Shown here: positions 51,736-61,599 of the stretch, in pieces
How positions within the stretch are numbered: the stretch's first letter is position 1
Layout of the letters: each line of letters begins with the position of its first letter
NCBI GenBank assembly: GCA_963817955.1
Contig: CAWFQK010000004.1
Coordinates: 352,001 to 416,000 of the forward strand
Origin: an uncultured Gemmatimonadaceae bacterium
Lineage (GTDB): Bacteria > Gemmatimonadota > Gemmatimonadetes > Gemmatimonadales > Gemmatimonadaceae
Reading direction: 5' to 3'
DNA: 64,000 nt
The notes under the pieces: model-generated
Told to the model about the DNA's origin: nothing
The model's database searches: none
Seen by the model: the letters and a program-made list of their open reading frames with translations, nothing else
Program-made: the position numbers and the translations under genes

Positions 51736-53358
51736 TCACATCAGCGGCGCGTACCGAAATGCAGCAATGCCGGCACCCGTTCCAGTCGTTTGGAAGGGCG
51801 CGCTCTCATGCGGCGCGACCGGGCCGACGCTCACGGTCTGCGAGGAAACAACATTCCCAGCTTTGTCCACGAACTCGATCTTGAGATCGAACGACCGTGC
51901 GACATCGGTCTGGTTCAACACGTTGCCGCCGAGCGTCGCCTTGTCCGCAGCTTGCATGAACTCATTGAAGCTCACACGAGCGGGCAACTTCATCATCAAC
52001 TCGTTGTACTTGAGGGCCGAGTCGACCGCGGTCTTGGCCGAGTCGCCGTAGGCCTTGATGAGCGGGTTCACACGCGCAGCCGAGTCGACCGCCGCCTTGA
52101 TGACCAGGGCGGACTTCGACTTGTTCGCGCGATCTCCGTATGCCTTCGCCTTGGCCTCGTACACCTTCTCCGTCGCGTCGTATCCTTTCTTGATGCTGGC
52201 GTACGCGATCGCGACGAGCTGGTAGTTGTCGGGGTTAGATGGATCAACCTTCAGAAGATCGCGGGCATATGGCAAGCCCTTGGCATACGCGCTGTCGAGC
52301 AGGTACAGGCGCGACAAATTGTACAGCACGTCGCGATGGTACGGGTTTGCCAATCGCGCGGCCTCGAACAATGTGATGGCGTCCTTGTTCTGGTTGGCGC
52401 GCGCCGCCGTGACGGCGGCGTTCATCAATGAGGTATAGGAGAATGCGCTCGGGTTGGCGATCTGTTCAGCATACGAGGCGCGAATGGCCGCGGTGTCGCC
52501 ACTGAGCGTCGCCAGGCGGGCCTGCCCGTTGCGTGCCGCATCGGAGAACTTCGTTCCCGGATCCTTGGCAAGCGCATTATAGGCTGCCTTGGATTCCGCC
52601 ATGTACAGCGTCTTGTCCGCGCCCGTCGCACCGTCCACGAGATCGGCGGCGTACCCCCCCAGCGTGTTCTGGAGCTGGCGACGCAGGTCGGTTTGCGCCG
52701 TATCACGTCCAGCCGCCGCGATTGCCTGCTTGTAGTAGTCGATCGCTTCCTTCGATTGATTCGCCTTGGACGCAACCTGCGCCAGCACGATGTAGCCGTA
52801 CGGCGAGTTGCGCGACAACTGGAGCGAGCGCTTGGCATAGAACACCGCCGAGTCGTTCTTGTCGGCGTTCATCAGCTCCATGGCGTGGTTCGTCAGATCG
52901 ACCCATGCCTTCTGCTGCCGCCATTGAGCGGTCGATGCCGCACACTCGGGATTGGAGACTTCCACGACCGTGAACGCCGAGTCGATTCCCGCAATCAGGT
53001 CGAAACGGGCGGACGTGTCGGTCACGAAACCAAGCGAGCCACGCGATGCCAGTCCGTTGGCGACGAGGGGCTGCGCCATCCACATCACGAGCGTCTTCCC
53101 CAACACAAACGCCCGCCCCGTCGGGTTCTTCTTCAGATCACCTTCGCCGAGAAGCTTGACGGCGTCTCTCAGTTTGGCTGCGGCGTCCGGCGGTTTGCCG
53201 GCGCTCTGCGCAAGCTGCAGATCCAGCACGGCGCGCGCCACCTGCGCCGGTGTGCCTTCGTCTACCTCGCACGCTTTCTGTTGCGCGCCAGCTGTGGCCG
53301 CGAAGGACGCGATCATCAGCGCAGACAGCAGTCTTCCCCCAAAAACGGGCATTTGCAT
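51736..53358 (-). CDS. Exported TPR-repeat protein with C-terminal FxLYD-like Ig domain
   Basis: Signal peptide (AATAGA-Q), TPR motifs (NPYHRDVLYNL, DPSNPDNY), C-terminal GNVLN..IEFVDKAGNVV. Confidence 0.7.
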   Translation of the reverse strand: MQMPVFGGRLLSALMIASFAATAGAQQKACEVDEGTPAQVARAVLDLQLAQSAGKPPDAAAKLRDAVKLLGEGDLKKNPTGRAFVLGKTLVMWMAQPLVANGLASRGSLGFVTDTSARFDLIAGIDSAFTVVEVSNPECAASTAQWRQQKAWVDLTNHAMELMNADKNDSAVFYAKRSLQLSRNSPYGYIVLAQVASKANQSKEAIDYYKQAIAAAGRDTAQTDLRRQLQNTLGGYAADLVDGATGADKTLYMAESKAAYNALAKDPGTKFSDAARNGQARLATLSGDTAAIRASYAEQIANPSAFSYTSLMNAAVTAARANQNKDAITLFEAARLANPYHRDVLYNLSRLYLLDSAYAKGLPYARDLLKVDPSNPDNYQLVAIAYASIKKGYDATEKVYEAKAKAYGDRANKSKSALVIKAAVDSAARVNPLIKAYGDSAKTAVDSALKYNELMMKLPARVSFNEFMQAADKATLGGNVLNQTDVARSFDLKIEFVDKAGNVVSSQTVSVGPVAPHESAPFQTTGTGAGIAAFRYAPLM

Positions 53359-53415
53359 TCTCCTGAATGTCTCTGCTCGAACAGCATATCGGGCATGGCG
53401 CCCGGCAATCTTACA

Positions 53416-54603
53416 CTATCTGGAAAAGTGGCGTTCCGCTTCAGCGGTGGCCAACCGCGAAATATCCTGTAGAGACCGCCCCGTCGCCAGTGCAACGCGC
53501 TTCACGTCGGCGAATTCAGGTTTGGCTCGTTGGCCCCCATTCGGCAATGTCACCACCTTGGCGCGCATTGGCTCGCCAAGGACGGTGAGTTGGATGACGT
53601 GACGGGGCAGCGCACGTCGATGTACGTCGCGTCGCCGAACGCCTATGGTGGTGGTCTCCACGAACAACAATTCCTCGACGTGCGCCACATTGGTGGGCCT
53701 GCAGAGCACCTCGATCCGCGTGCCCTGCCGCCCGCGCTTCATCGTCACCGCCAACAGCGTCACGTCCAGCACCCCTCCCGCATCTCGAATGGCGTCCGCC
53801 ACCGCCGCCAGGTATTCGGGGTTCATGTCGTCAATCTCGCACGTCAGCTCGACGACATCCTCGCTCGCCACGTCGTCGCCCGTCGCATGGGTATCTGCGA
53901 GGATCAGACGCAACGCGTTCGCGCGTCCTCGAAAATCCTTTGTGCCCGCGCCGAACCCGCTGCGAATCGGCACGTATTCGCGCGGCGGCGGCCCTGCCGA
54001 GAGCACGCGAACGAGCGCCGCACCCGTTGGCGTCACCAACTCGCCCGACCCCTCGGGACCGGGACGGACCGGGTGGCCCTCAAGCAGCTTCAGCGTGGCC
54101 GGCGCCGGCACGGGCAACACGCCGTGCGCCGCCTTCACTGTGCCGTCACCGAGCGCAATCGCACCGCAGTACACGCGCTCGACGGCGAGTTGCTCGAGCC
54201 CCCAGATCACGCCCACGACGTCGAGGATGGCGTCCACGGCGCCCACCTCGTGCAGGTGCACCTTCTCCGGCGGCATCCCATGAATCTCGCCTTCTGCAGT
54301 TGCAATTGCCGTGAACGCAGCGTCGGCACGCTCGCGCACCCCAACCGGCGCTCCGCACCTCGACACCAGATCACGGATCTGGTGAATGTGGCGCCCATGC
54401 GGCTGCGGTGGAACGTGGAAGTCTACCTTCTGACAAACGATCTCACCGCGAACCACCTCACGGATATCGACACCGATGTCCGCCAACCCAAGCGTGGCCG
54501 GCAGGGCGCGTAGCCAAGCCGGATCGAGCCCGACTTGGAGCAACGCGCCGAGCGTCATGTCGCCAGCGATACCGCTGAACGGATCCAGAATTGCAATCCG
54601 CAT
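53416..54603 (-). CDS. larC: Nickel pincer cofactor biosynthesis protein LarC
   Basis: DPFSGIAGDM.LGAL, VHLHEVGAVDAILD, PVPAPAT, ELVTPTGAA, MKRGR, ETTTIGVR, KPEF. Confidence 0.92.
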   Translation of the reverse strand: MRIAILDPFSGIAGDMTLGALLQVGLDPAWLRALPATLGLADIGVDIREVVRGEIVCQKVDFHVPPQPHGRHIHQIRDLVSRCGAPVGVRERADAAFTAIATAEGEIHGMPPEKVHLHEVGAVDAILDVVGVIWGLEQLAVERVYCGAIALGDGTVKAAHGVLPVPAPATLKLLEGHPVRPGPEGSGELVTPTGAALVRVLSAGPPPREYVPIRSGFGAGTKDFRGRANALRLILADTHATGDDVASEDVVELTCEIDDMNPEYLAAVADAIRDAGGVLDVTLLAVTMKRGRQGTRIEVLCRPTNVAHVEELLFVETTTIGVRRRDVHRRALPRHVIQLTVLGEPMRAKVVTLPNGGQRAKPEFADVKRVALATGRSLQDISRLATAEAERHFSR

Positions 54604-55748
54604 CAGAAGCGGTACGACGCGCCACTGCCAGTATTGAACACCAGCACTTCCGCGTCGCGCGGAATGCGGCCGGCACCAATGAGGGCCTCCGTCACAGCGA
54701 GTGCGCACCCGCCTTCCGGCGCGGCGTCAATGCCGCTCGAGCGCGACAGGCGTAGCGTAGCGGCGCGAATCGCCTCCTCGCTGACCGCGTACGCGTCGCC
54801 CTGGCTCTCGCGCAACGCACGGAGAATGAGCCGATCGCCCAACGGACCCGGCACGCGCAGTCCGCTGGCGTGCGTCGTCGGATTCTCCCACGGGGTGGCC
54901 GTCTCGGCGCCGGCCTGGAACGCGCGCACCATGGGCGCACACCCGTCGGCCTGCGCCACGACCATGTGCGGCATCGCCACATCCTTCGGCAACCAGCCCC
55001 CGTCACGCATCTCGGCGAACACCTTCCACATGCCGATCAGGCCCGTGCCGCCGCCAGTGGGATAGATCACGTGCGTCGGCAACCGCCAGCCCAGCTGTTC
55101 GGCGAGCTCGATGCCCATAGTCTTCTTGCCTTCAATGCGGTACGGCTCGCGCAGCGTCGACACGTCGAAGTAACCGCTCTCGGCAGAGAACGCCCGCGCC
55201 GCCTTCCCGGCATGCCCAATGTGCCCCGCGACGAGCTGCAGATCGGCACCCAGCGTGCGGATGGTGTCGAGGATCGGCTTGGGCGTCGTTTCCGGCGCGT
55301 AGACGCGCACCGGAATGCCCGCAGCCGCGGCGTACGCCGTGAGCGCGGCGCCGGCGTTCCCGGCCGTCGGGACGACGAGTCCCGGCACCTTGAGCCCGCG
55401 CGCACGGGTCACGGCCGCGCTCATGCCGCGCGCCTTGAACGACGCGGTGGGATTCAAGCCTTCGTCCTTTACCCAGAGCCGCCCAATGCCCAACTCGCGC
55501 GCCAGGGATGGCAGCTCCTGGAGCGGGGTCATGCCCTCGCCGAGCGACACAGGCGTTTCGTCCGCCTTGAGGGGCAACACCGGCGCGTAGCGCCACATGT
55601 CCCAACGCGGCGTCACCGCCGAACGGGCCGGCATTGGAGAATCATAACGAACGAGGAACGGCTGCCCGCACGCCGGACAGACACTGGCGAGCGCGTCGCC
55701 GGATTCGCGGACGTCGCAGGCGGAGCATTCAAGGTGCCAGGTGCTCAC
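54603..55748 (-). CDS. thrC: Threonine synthase (PLP, N-terminal Zn ribbon)
   Basis: CSAC..CPAC, LGEGMTP, NPTASFKARG, GNAG, EGKKT. Confidence 0.85.
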   Translation of the reverse strand: MSTWHLECSACDVRESGDALASVCPACGQPFLVRYDSPMPARSAVTPRWDMWRYAPVLPLKADETPVSLGEGMTPLQELPSLARELGIGRLWVKDEGLNPTASFKARGMSAAVTRARGLKVPGLVVPTAGNAGAALTAYAAAAGIPVRVYAPETTPKPILDTIRTLGADLQLVAGHIGHAGKAARAFSAESGYFDVSTLREPYRIEGKKTMGIELAEQLGWRLPTHVIYPTGGGTGLIGMWKVFAEMRDGGWLPKDVAMPHMVVAQADGCAPMVRAFQAGAETATPWENPTTHASGLRVPGPLGDRLILRALRESQGDAYAVSEEAIRAATLRLSRSSGIDAAPEGGCALAVTEALIGAGRIPRDAEVLVFNTGSGASYRF

Positions 55749-57625
55749 GAGATTTCGCTGGAAGAGGGTGACAGGTCGGCGGCCGCGGGTGCGGCGGCCG
55801 GCGCAGGAGCGGTAGGTTCAGTGGAGCGTAATGCGGCAACGATTTTGTCGGCCGTCTTCTGGCCGAAGCCCGGCAATGCCGCGATCGCCTCGGTGGAAGC
55901 GTCGCGAACGCCCTGCAAGCTACCAAAGGCGGACAGCAGTTGTCGACGCTTTGATTCTCCCACCCCCGGAATTCGCAGCAGCTCCGAGGTCATGGTACGC
56001 ATCGAACGCCGCTTTCGCTGGAAGGTGACCGCGAAGCGGTGGGCCTCGTCGCGGGCCTGCTGCAGCACCCTCAAGGCGGGCGATCGGCGCGGCAGCCGGA
56101 GCGATTCACTGCGGCCCAGGACGAAAATCTCCTCCTCCCGTTTGGCCAGGCTTATGAGTGGCATGGCGCCGAGGCCCAGCGCGTCGAGCGCGGCGTGCGC
56201 CGCATTGAGCTGGCCCTTGCCGCCATCGATCACCACGAGATCGGGAAATGGCTTCTCGTCGTCGCGCCGGCGGGTGAAGTAGCGCGTCACCACTTCGCCC
56301 ATCGACGCGAAATCGTCGATCCCCTGGACAGTCTGCACCTTGAACTTGCGGTATTCCGCGCGGTACGGCCGTCCGTTCTGGAACCAGACACACGACGCCA
56401 CGGTGTCGGTGCCTTGCGCGTGTGAGATGTCGAAACAGACGAGCGATCGCGGTACTTTCTGTAGGCCCAGTTGCCGCTGCAACTCGTAGATCGGATCGCC
56501 GGCGCGCTCCTCCGCTTCGTCGCCCGTCAGTCGCAGTTCCTCGAGCAGATGCCGCGCGTTCTGCGTCGCCAGATCGACGAGCTCGCGCCGCGGACCACGT
56601 TGCGGCGCGTGGATCTTCGTGCGCTCGAGCGACGTCTCCACCAATTCACGTTCTTCGGGCTCGAGCGGCACGAGCAGCTCCGCCGCCCGGTCTTCGATCG
56701 GGCGATACTTGCCGACGAGATAGGCCTGCAGCACCGCGCCGTCGGTTTCATCCTCCAGGTTCTCGACAAACTGATGCTCGCGTGCGAGCAGGCGGCCGCC
56801 GCGAATGCGCAGCAGCGCAAACACCGCGTCGTTGCCATCACGCGCGTAGCCGATCACGTCACGATCGCCCCCCTCCACCGAGAGCACGACGGTGGGCTCC
56901 TCCATCTGCTCGAGGTGCCGCAGCGCATCGCGCAGTTCGGCAGCCCGCTCGAAGTCGAGCGACTCGGCGGCAAGCTGCATCCGCTCCTTCACACGGCGCA
57001 CGACTTCCTGGGAACGTCCGTCGAGAAAGAGAAGCAACTCGTCGATCATCGCCCGATATTCGGCCTGACTCTGCGCCAGAATACACGGCGCCTTGCACCG
57101 CCTGATGTAGTAGTCGAGACAGGGACGGTCGGGCATCTGCGCCGGCATATCGAAGTTGCACGACCGGACGGTGAACATGCGCCGCACCACGTTCAGCGCG
57201 CGTCGCATGGCTCCAACGTCGGTGTAGGGTCCGAAGTAGCGACTGCCGTCGTTCTGGAGGTGCCGCGTCACCCAGACCCGCGGGAACGGCTCGGCTACGG
57301 TGACCTTGATGTACGGATATGACTTGTCGTCGCGTAGCGCGATGTTGTACTTCGGTTTGTATTCCTTGATGAGGTTGGCTTCGAGGATCAGTGCGTGCGA
57401 CTCACTGGGCACCACGATCGTCTCGAGCGCGCCAACCGCATGCATCAACGCGCGTGTCTTCACGCTCGTCATGTGATCGCCGGTCACGTAGCTCCGCACG
57501 CGCGACCGCAGCCGTTTCGCCTTGCCGACGTACAGCACGGTCCCGTCCCGGTCGCGCCACAAATACACACCGGGCGATTCTGGTAGATGCGGGATTTTTT
57601 CGAGAACGGACTCCGGCACGGGCAT
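55745..57625 (-). CDS. uvrC: Excinuclease ABC subunit C
   Basis: PGVY..YVGKAK.LR.RV.SY, FDISH, IDGGKGQL, RDEAHRFA, HhH. Confidence 0.97.
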   Translation of the reverse strand: MPVPESVLEKIPHLPESPGVYLWRDRDGTVLYVGKAKRLRSRVRSYVTGDHMTSVKTRALMHAVGALETIVVPSESHALILEANLIKEYKPKYNIALRDDKSYPYIKVTVAEPFPRVWVTRHLQNDGSRYFGPYTDVGAMRRALNVVRRMFTVRSCNFDMPAQMPDRPCLDYYIRRCKAPCILAQSQAEYRAMIDELLLFLDGRSQEVVRRVKERMQLAAESLDFERAAELRDALRHLEQMEEPTVVLSVEGGDRDVIGYARDGNDAVFALLRIRGGRLLAREHQFVENLEDETDGAVLQAYLVGKYRPIEDRAAELLVPLEPEERELVETSLERTKIHAPQRGPRRELVDLATQNARHLLEELRLTGDEAEERAGDPIYELQRQLGLQKVPRSLVCFDISHAQGTDTVASCVWFQNGRPYRAEYRKFKVQTVQGIDDFASMGEVVTRYFTRRRDDEKPFPDLVVIDGGKGQLNAAHAALDALGLGAMPLISLAKREEEIFVLGRSESLRLPRRSPALRVLQQARDEAHRFAVTFQRKRRSMRTMTSELLRIPGVGESKRRQLLSAFGSLQGVRDASTEAIAALPGFGQKTADKIVAALRSTEPTAPAPAAAPAAADLSPSSSEIS

Positions 57626-57720
57626 GGGTCTTCGCGGAGATGAGTTGGCGAATTGATGGGTTAGTGAGGGCGGTAGAAGAGCTGGCTACCGCAAGCCACT
57701 ATCGCCGGCCGGTGCAGCGT

Positions 57721-57833
57721 GGATTGGGCTCCGGGCTCTATTCTGGCTGGATGTCGCTGGCTGCTCCGTAGCGGTCGACCCACCGGTCGGCGAGGTTCGA
57801 GCTTCCAGTTGTGAGTTGTGCGTTGTGAGTTTC
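57721..57833. repeat. Dispersed ~112-bp intergenic repeat, copy 2
   Basis: Matches 44246-44357; on the minus strand it starts with degenerate heptamers ACTCACA ACGCACA ACTCACA ACTGGAA GCTCGAA CCTCGCC. Confidence 0.92.
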
Positions 57834-57878
57834 TCGGGTCTCATGGATAATACCCCGAACCAACACCGGATGTCCGTC

Positions 57879-59489
57879 TTACCGCCGACGCGTGAACCGA
57901 CGGACGGCGCGCTGCGCTTCCGGTACGCCGAGGGCGATGGTGGACGTGAGATAGACGAGGCCGAACACCGCCAGCACGGTAATGGCGCCGAGGTGGCGTT
58001 GCATATGTTCGGCGAGCCGCCGCGTCTCCCAGGCGGCGATCGCGGCCGCGGCCGATGCCGCCCAGAGCGTCGCGCTCAACCGCGCCGGTAATCCCGTGAC
58101 ACCGATCCGCCGGTTGAGCCGCGACCGCAGCAACAGGAACTCCACCCAGCCGGCGATGCCGGCGGACACCGTGAGCCCCGCCGCGCCCCAATGCCGGTCG
58201 ATGCCGAGGGCGCCGGGGAGCCACAGCGCGAACGCATATCCAAGAACCGTCGTCAGCACCACCCGCACGATCGCGAAGCGGAGCGGCGTCTTCGTGTCGT
58301 GGAGTGCATAGTACGTCGACGAGTACAAGCGCCCCATGGTGGAGGCCAAGAGCCCAACCGCCGAGCCAGCCAGGATGGCCCACGCGTACCGCGTATCGTG
58401 AGGCGTGAAGCGCCGTCCCTCGAACAGCAGGCGCGCCACGACGTCGCCAAATCCCAGGAATACCGCCGCCGACGGGATCACGAAGAACGCGATGTTCCTG
58501 AGCCCCACCGCCAAGCGGCCCCTGAGGTACGTCGCGACTTCGTCGGTGGTGCCGAGCGCGCGCGACATCTCCGGAAGCTCGGCCGCCGAGATCGCCATCC
58601 CGAACAGACTCACCGGCAGGATGTAGATGGTCTGCGCGTATCCCAGCGTTGCCACCATGCCGTCCGGCAGAAAGCTCGCAAGCCAGGAATCGATGTAGCC
58701 ACTGATCTGCACCACGCCGCGGCTCACGAACACTGGCCCGAAGTTGCGCGCCACGGTGCGCACGTGCGTCGATCGCGTGTCCAATGACACGCGCAGATGC
58801 TTCGCGACGCGGAGCGTGGTCGGCACCTGCACCGCAAACTGCATCGCCGCACCGATCACCGATGCCCAGGCGAGCGTCACCGCCAAGTCACCCGGCAGCT
58901 GCGACCGGCCGAAGCCCAGCAGCGCAGCAAGCATCGCCACGTTCCACAACACAGGCGCCGAGTAGGACAGCAGGTACTTGCGATGACTATTGAGAATGCC
59001 CAGACACCACGCGCTGAGCACGAAGATTCCAGCGCCAGGAAAGAAGATCCGGGTGAGCTGAATGGTCATCTGCTTCTTCTGCGGATCGAAACCCGCCGCG
59101 ATGACCGGAATGAGCACCGGCGCCGCCACCACGCCCACCAGGACGATCACCGAAACGGACAGCGCGAGCAGCGCCGCGATCGCACCGGCGACATGCCCGG
59201 CCTCCTCCTCGTCGCCGTGGGCCAGCAGACGTGAGTACACGGGAATGAACGATGCCGACAACGCGCCTTCGCCGAACAAGTTCTGCAACATGTTCGGAAT
59301 CTTGAACGCTGCCATGAAGGCGTCCGCAGCCGCACCGGCGCCAAGGAAGCGCGCTTGCAGCATCTGCCGAACCACACCGAACACGCGCGACGCGAGGATG
59401 CCAATCCCGACGAGTGCGGCGGCGCCACCGGTACGCGCGATCGCGCCACCAGGCGTTACAGCTTCGGGAGTTTCCGCGGATTCTGTCAC
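57879..59489 (-). CDS. murJ: Lipid II flippase MurJ (MviN)
   Basis: SRVFGVVR, AFKIPN..LFGEGALSASFIP, YALHDTKTP. Confidence 0.93.
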   Translation of the reverse strand: MTESAETPEAVTPGGAIARTGGAAALVGIGILASRVFGVVRQMLQARFLGAGAAADAFMAAFKIPNMLQNLFGEGALSASFIPVYSRLLAHGDEEEAGHVAGAIAALLALSVSVIVLVGVVAAPVLIPVIAAGFDPQKKQMTIQLTRIFFPGAGIFVLSAWCLGILNSHRKYLLSYSAPVLWNVAMLAALLGFGRSQLPGDLAVTLAWASVIGAAMQFAVQVPTTLRVAKHLRVSLDTRSTHVRTVARNFGPVFVSRGVVQISGYIDSWLASFLPDGMVATLGYAQTIYILPVSLFGMAISAAELPEMSRALGTTDEVATYLRGRLAVGLRNIAFFVIPSAAVFLGFGDVVARLLFEGRRFTPHDTRYAWAILAGSAVGLLASTMGRLYSSTYYALHDTKTPLRFAIVRVVLTTVLGYAFALWLPGALGIDRHWGAAGLTVSAGIAGWVEFLLLRSRLNRRIGVTGLPARLSATLWAASAAAAIAAWETRRLAEHMQRHLGAITVLAVFGLVYLTSTIALGVPEAQRAVRRFTRRR

Positions 59490-59500
59490 GACGGCGATGC

Positions 59501-61081
59501 TTACACCCGAGCCGGTGCCGCGCTCGACGCGTTCACACGAAGCGAGCCGCCGACGAGCGTGCGCGCGTGCTCCCTCGCGGCACCGAGCATATCGTCCAAC
59601 AATGCGGGACCGTAGCGGGCCAGAAAAGGAATGTAGGACAGCTTTCGCTCCTGCCGGGCCCCATGCGGAAATAGCGCGCCGCGCGCCGTGCCCAGTTGCC
59701 GGAGGGCATCCCGCTCACGATGCTTTACGGCTGAAAGCATACGGCGCTCCAGACGGCCGAAGCGATGGTCGAGCGATTTCCGCAGACCGTCGATCACCGC
59801 GTCTGGAACAAGGCCGTCCGTTGCCGCGCGCAGCGCCTCCGCGTGATCTGCCACGTCGTGGCGAAGCGCCTGCAGCGCGCTATCTGCTTCAGCCGGCAGG
59901 TGATCGCGCGCCACACGGCGCTCGGCCGCGTGCGGATCCGCCAGGCTCTCGACCGAGAGATCGAGGGCGCTGAGCAGGTGTTGAATGCGCGGCTCTACAA
60001 TGGTCGTCGACCAACGCGGGACCACGCATGGCGCGGGAGCTCCCATCGCCGCGGCAATCGCGGATACCTGAGCGAAATACGCGATCTCGCCCGGCCCCCC
60101 GACATACGTCGCCGTGGGCAACATCCAGCGTTCGAGCACCGGCCGCAGGAGGACAGTCGCGGACAGATGTTGATGATCGTGCAGCGGACCGAGCGACGAC
60201 GCCTCGGCCAGCCGGAGCCGACGTTTGGTGCCCGCATCATTCAAGAACACGTGCGACAGCCCGGGAACCTCCTCCACCTGTGGTTTGAACCCGGCAGCGA
60301 CGAGCGCTTCGTCGCGCTGATGCACGGCTGCAGCGATTGCCTCGGCGTTCGCTGCGGCTCGTTGCATGAACCCCGCGCTCACTCGTGTCACCGCCGGGTG
60401 CGAGACGTCGAGCACCGAGATCTCGAGCGGCTCGAGAACGTTTCGCAATACCTCGACGTACGCGTCACCCACGGACACACCATCTCGATACGCATGCAGC
60501 GACGATTCGAGATACGACACGTGCGCAGCCGAGCCACAGGCTTCGCGAAGCACGTTGGCGAGCGCGGCGATCTCGCCACCGATCGGTACGCTGGCCATCG
60601 GTGTTCCTGCGGGTGCGCGTTGCTCCAGCCGGAGCTCGCACGGCCCGCCGGTGAGCGCGACGGAAGTGACGGCTGCTTCCTCGAAGTCCGCGTCGTCCGT
60701 CGCGGCCCAGAAGAGCGGCGCGACCGAAATGCCGAGCGCCTCCTGGAGCTCGTCGGCGAGGGCACGCGCGGTGATCGCTTTGGCGAGCGTCATCAGCGGA
60801 CCACCGAACAAGCCGGGCTGTTGTCCCGTGGTGATGACGAGCCCCTTCCCGCCGGCACTCCGACTTAGGCGCACCGCCGCGCGTCCGCTCGGCGCAATGG
60901 CATCGCGCAAGTCATCGCACCACGACACCGACACGCTCTGCATCACTTGGCGTGCATAGGCGTTCCAGGCATGGATGTCCGTCGGAGTGCCCGGATACCA
61001 TTGTGGGAGGCGTCCCGCCTGCGCGGCCCGCGACAGTGCCGATCCACCGAGCGACTCCGTGCGCACGATCACGTCATTCAT
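59501..61081 (-). CDS. bshC: Bacillithiol biosynthesis cysteine-adding enzyme BshC
   Basis: TTGQQPGLFGGPL..KA, FWAATDDADFEE, LLRPV, YVGGPGEIAY.AQ, P.G.RQER. Confidence 0.88.
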   Translation of the reverse strand: MNDVIVRTESLGGSALSRAAQAGRLPQWYPGTPTDIHAWNAYARQVMQSVSVSWCDDLRDAIAPSGRAAVRLSRSAGGKGLVITTGQQPGLFGGPLMTLAKAITARALADELQEALGISVAPLFWAATDDADFEEAAVTSVALTGGPCELRLEQRAPAGTPMASVPIGGEIAALANVLREACGSAAHVSYLESSLHAYRDGVSVGDAYVEVLRNVLEPLEISVLDVSHPAVTRVSAGFMQRAAANAEAIAAAVHQRDEALVAAGFKPQVEEVPGLSHVFLNDAGTKRRLRLAEASSLGPLHDHQHLSATVLLRPVLERWMLPTATYVGGPGEIAYFAQVSAIAAAMGAPAPCVVPRWSTTIVEPRIQHLLSALDLSVESLADPHAAERRVARDHLPAEADSALQALRHDVADHAEALRAATDGLVPDAVIDGLRKSLDHRFGRLERRMLSAVKHRERDALRQLGTARGALFPHGARQERKLSYIPFLARYGPALLDDMLGAAREHARTLVGGSLRVNASSAAPARV

Positions 61082-61127
61082 GCGCGCTCCTCCAAGAGAA
61101 GTGAAATCGCCTTTCGCCTATCGACAC

Positions 61128-61592
61128 TCACTTGTGATACGGCTCGCCGCGCGTGATGGTGCCCGCACGGTACAACTGCTCGGCGAGCACCAACCGCGCA
61201 AGCTCGTGCGGCAATGTCCACGAAGCCAGGGCCAGCGTGCTGGCCGCGCGCGCCTTGACGGCATCGCTCAAGCCGAACGCGCCGCCAATGACCATCGCGA
61301 CGTCGCGAGCGCGCTCACGCAGTTCCTGCAGCCAGCGGGCGAACTGTTCCGACGTCATCGTACGTCCATTCAACTCGCATGCGACAACCTGCGCGCCGGG
61401 CGGGATAGCAGCAAGCAGCCGCTCCCCTTCCCGGTCGCGGACGAGGTCCGTGGAACCGGAACGTCCCGGTTCTTCACGGACCTCGTGTACTTCGAGCGGC
61501 CAGTACCGGCCCGCACGGAGCTCATACTCGCGAATTGCACCGGACAGATTGGGGTCGCGCGGTTTCCCGACGACCGCCACGGTGAATCGCAT
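61128..61592 (-). CDS. rlmH: 23S rRNA pseudouridine-1915 N3-methyltransferase
   Basis: IGGAFGL, TLPHELARLVLAEQLYRA..GEPYHK. Confidence 0.95.
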   Translation of the reverse strand: MRFTVAVVGKPRDPNLSGAIREYELRAGRYWPLEVHEVREEPGRSGSTDLVRDREGERLLAAIPPGAQVVACELNGRTMTSEQFARWLQELRERARDVAMVIGGAFGLSDAVKARAASTLALASWTLPHELARLVLAEQLYRAGTITRGEPYHK

Positions 61593-61599
61593 TCACGCG

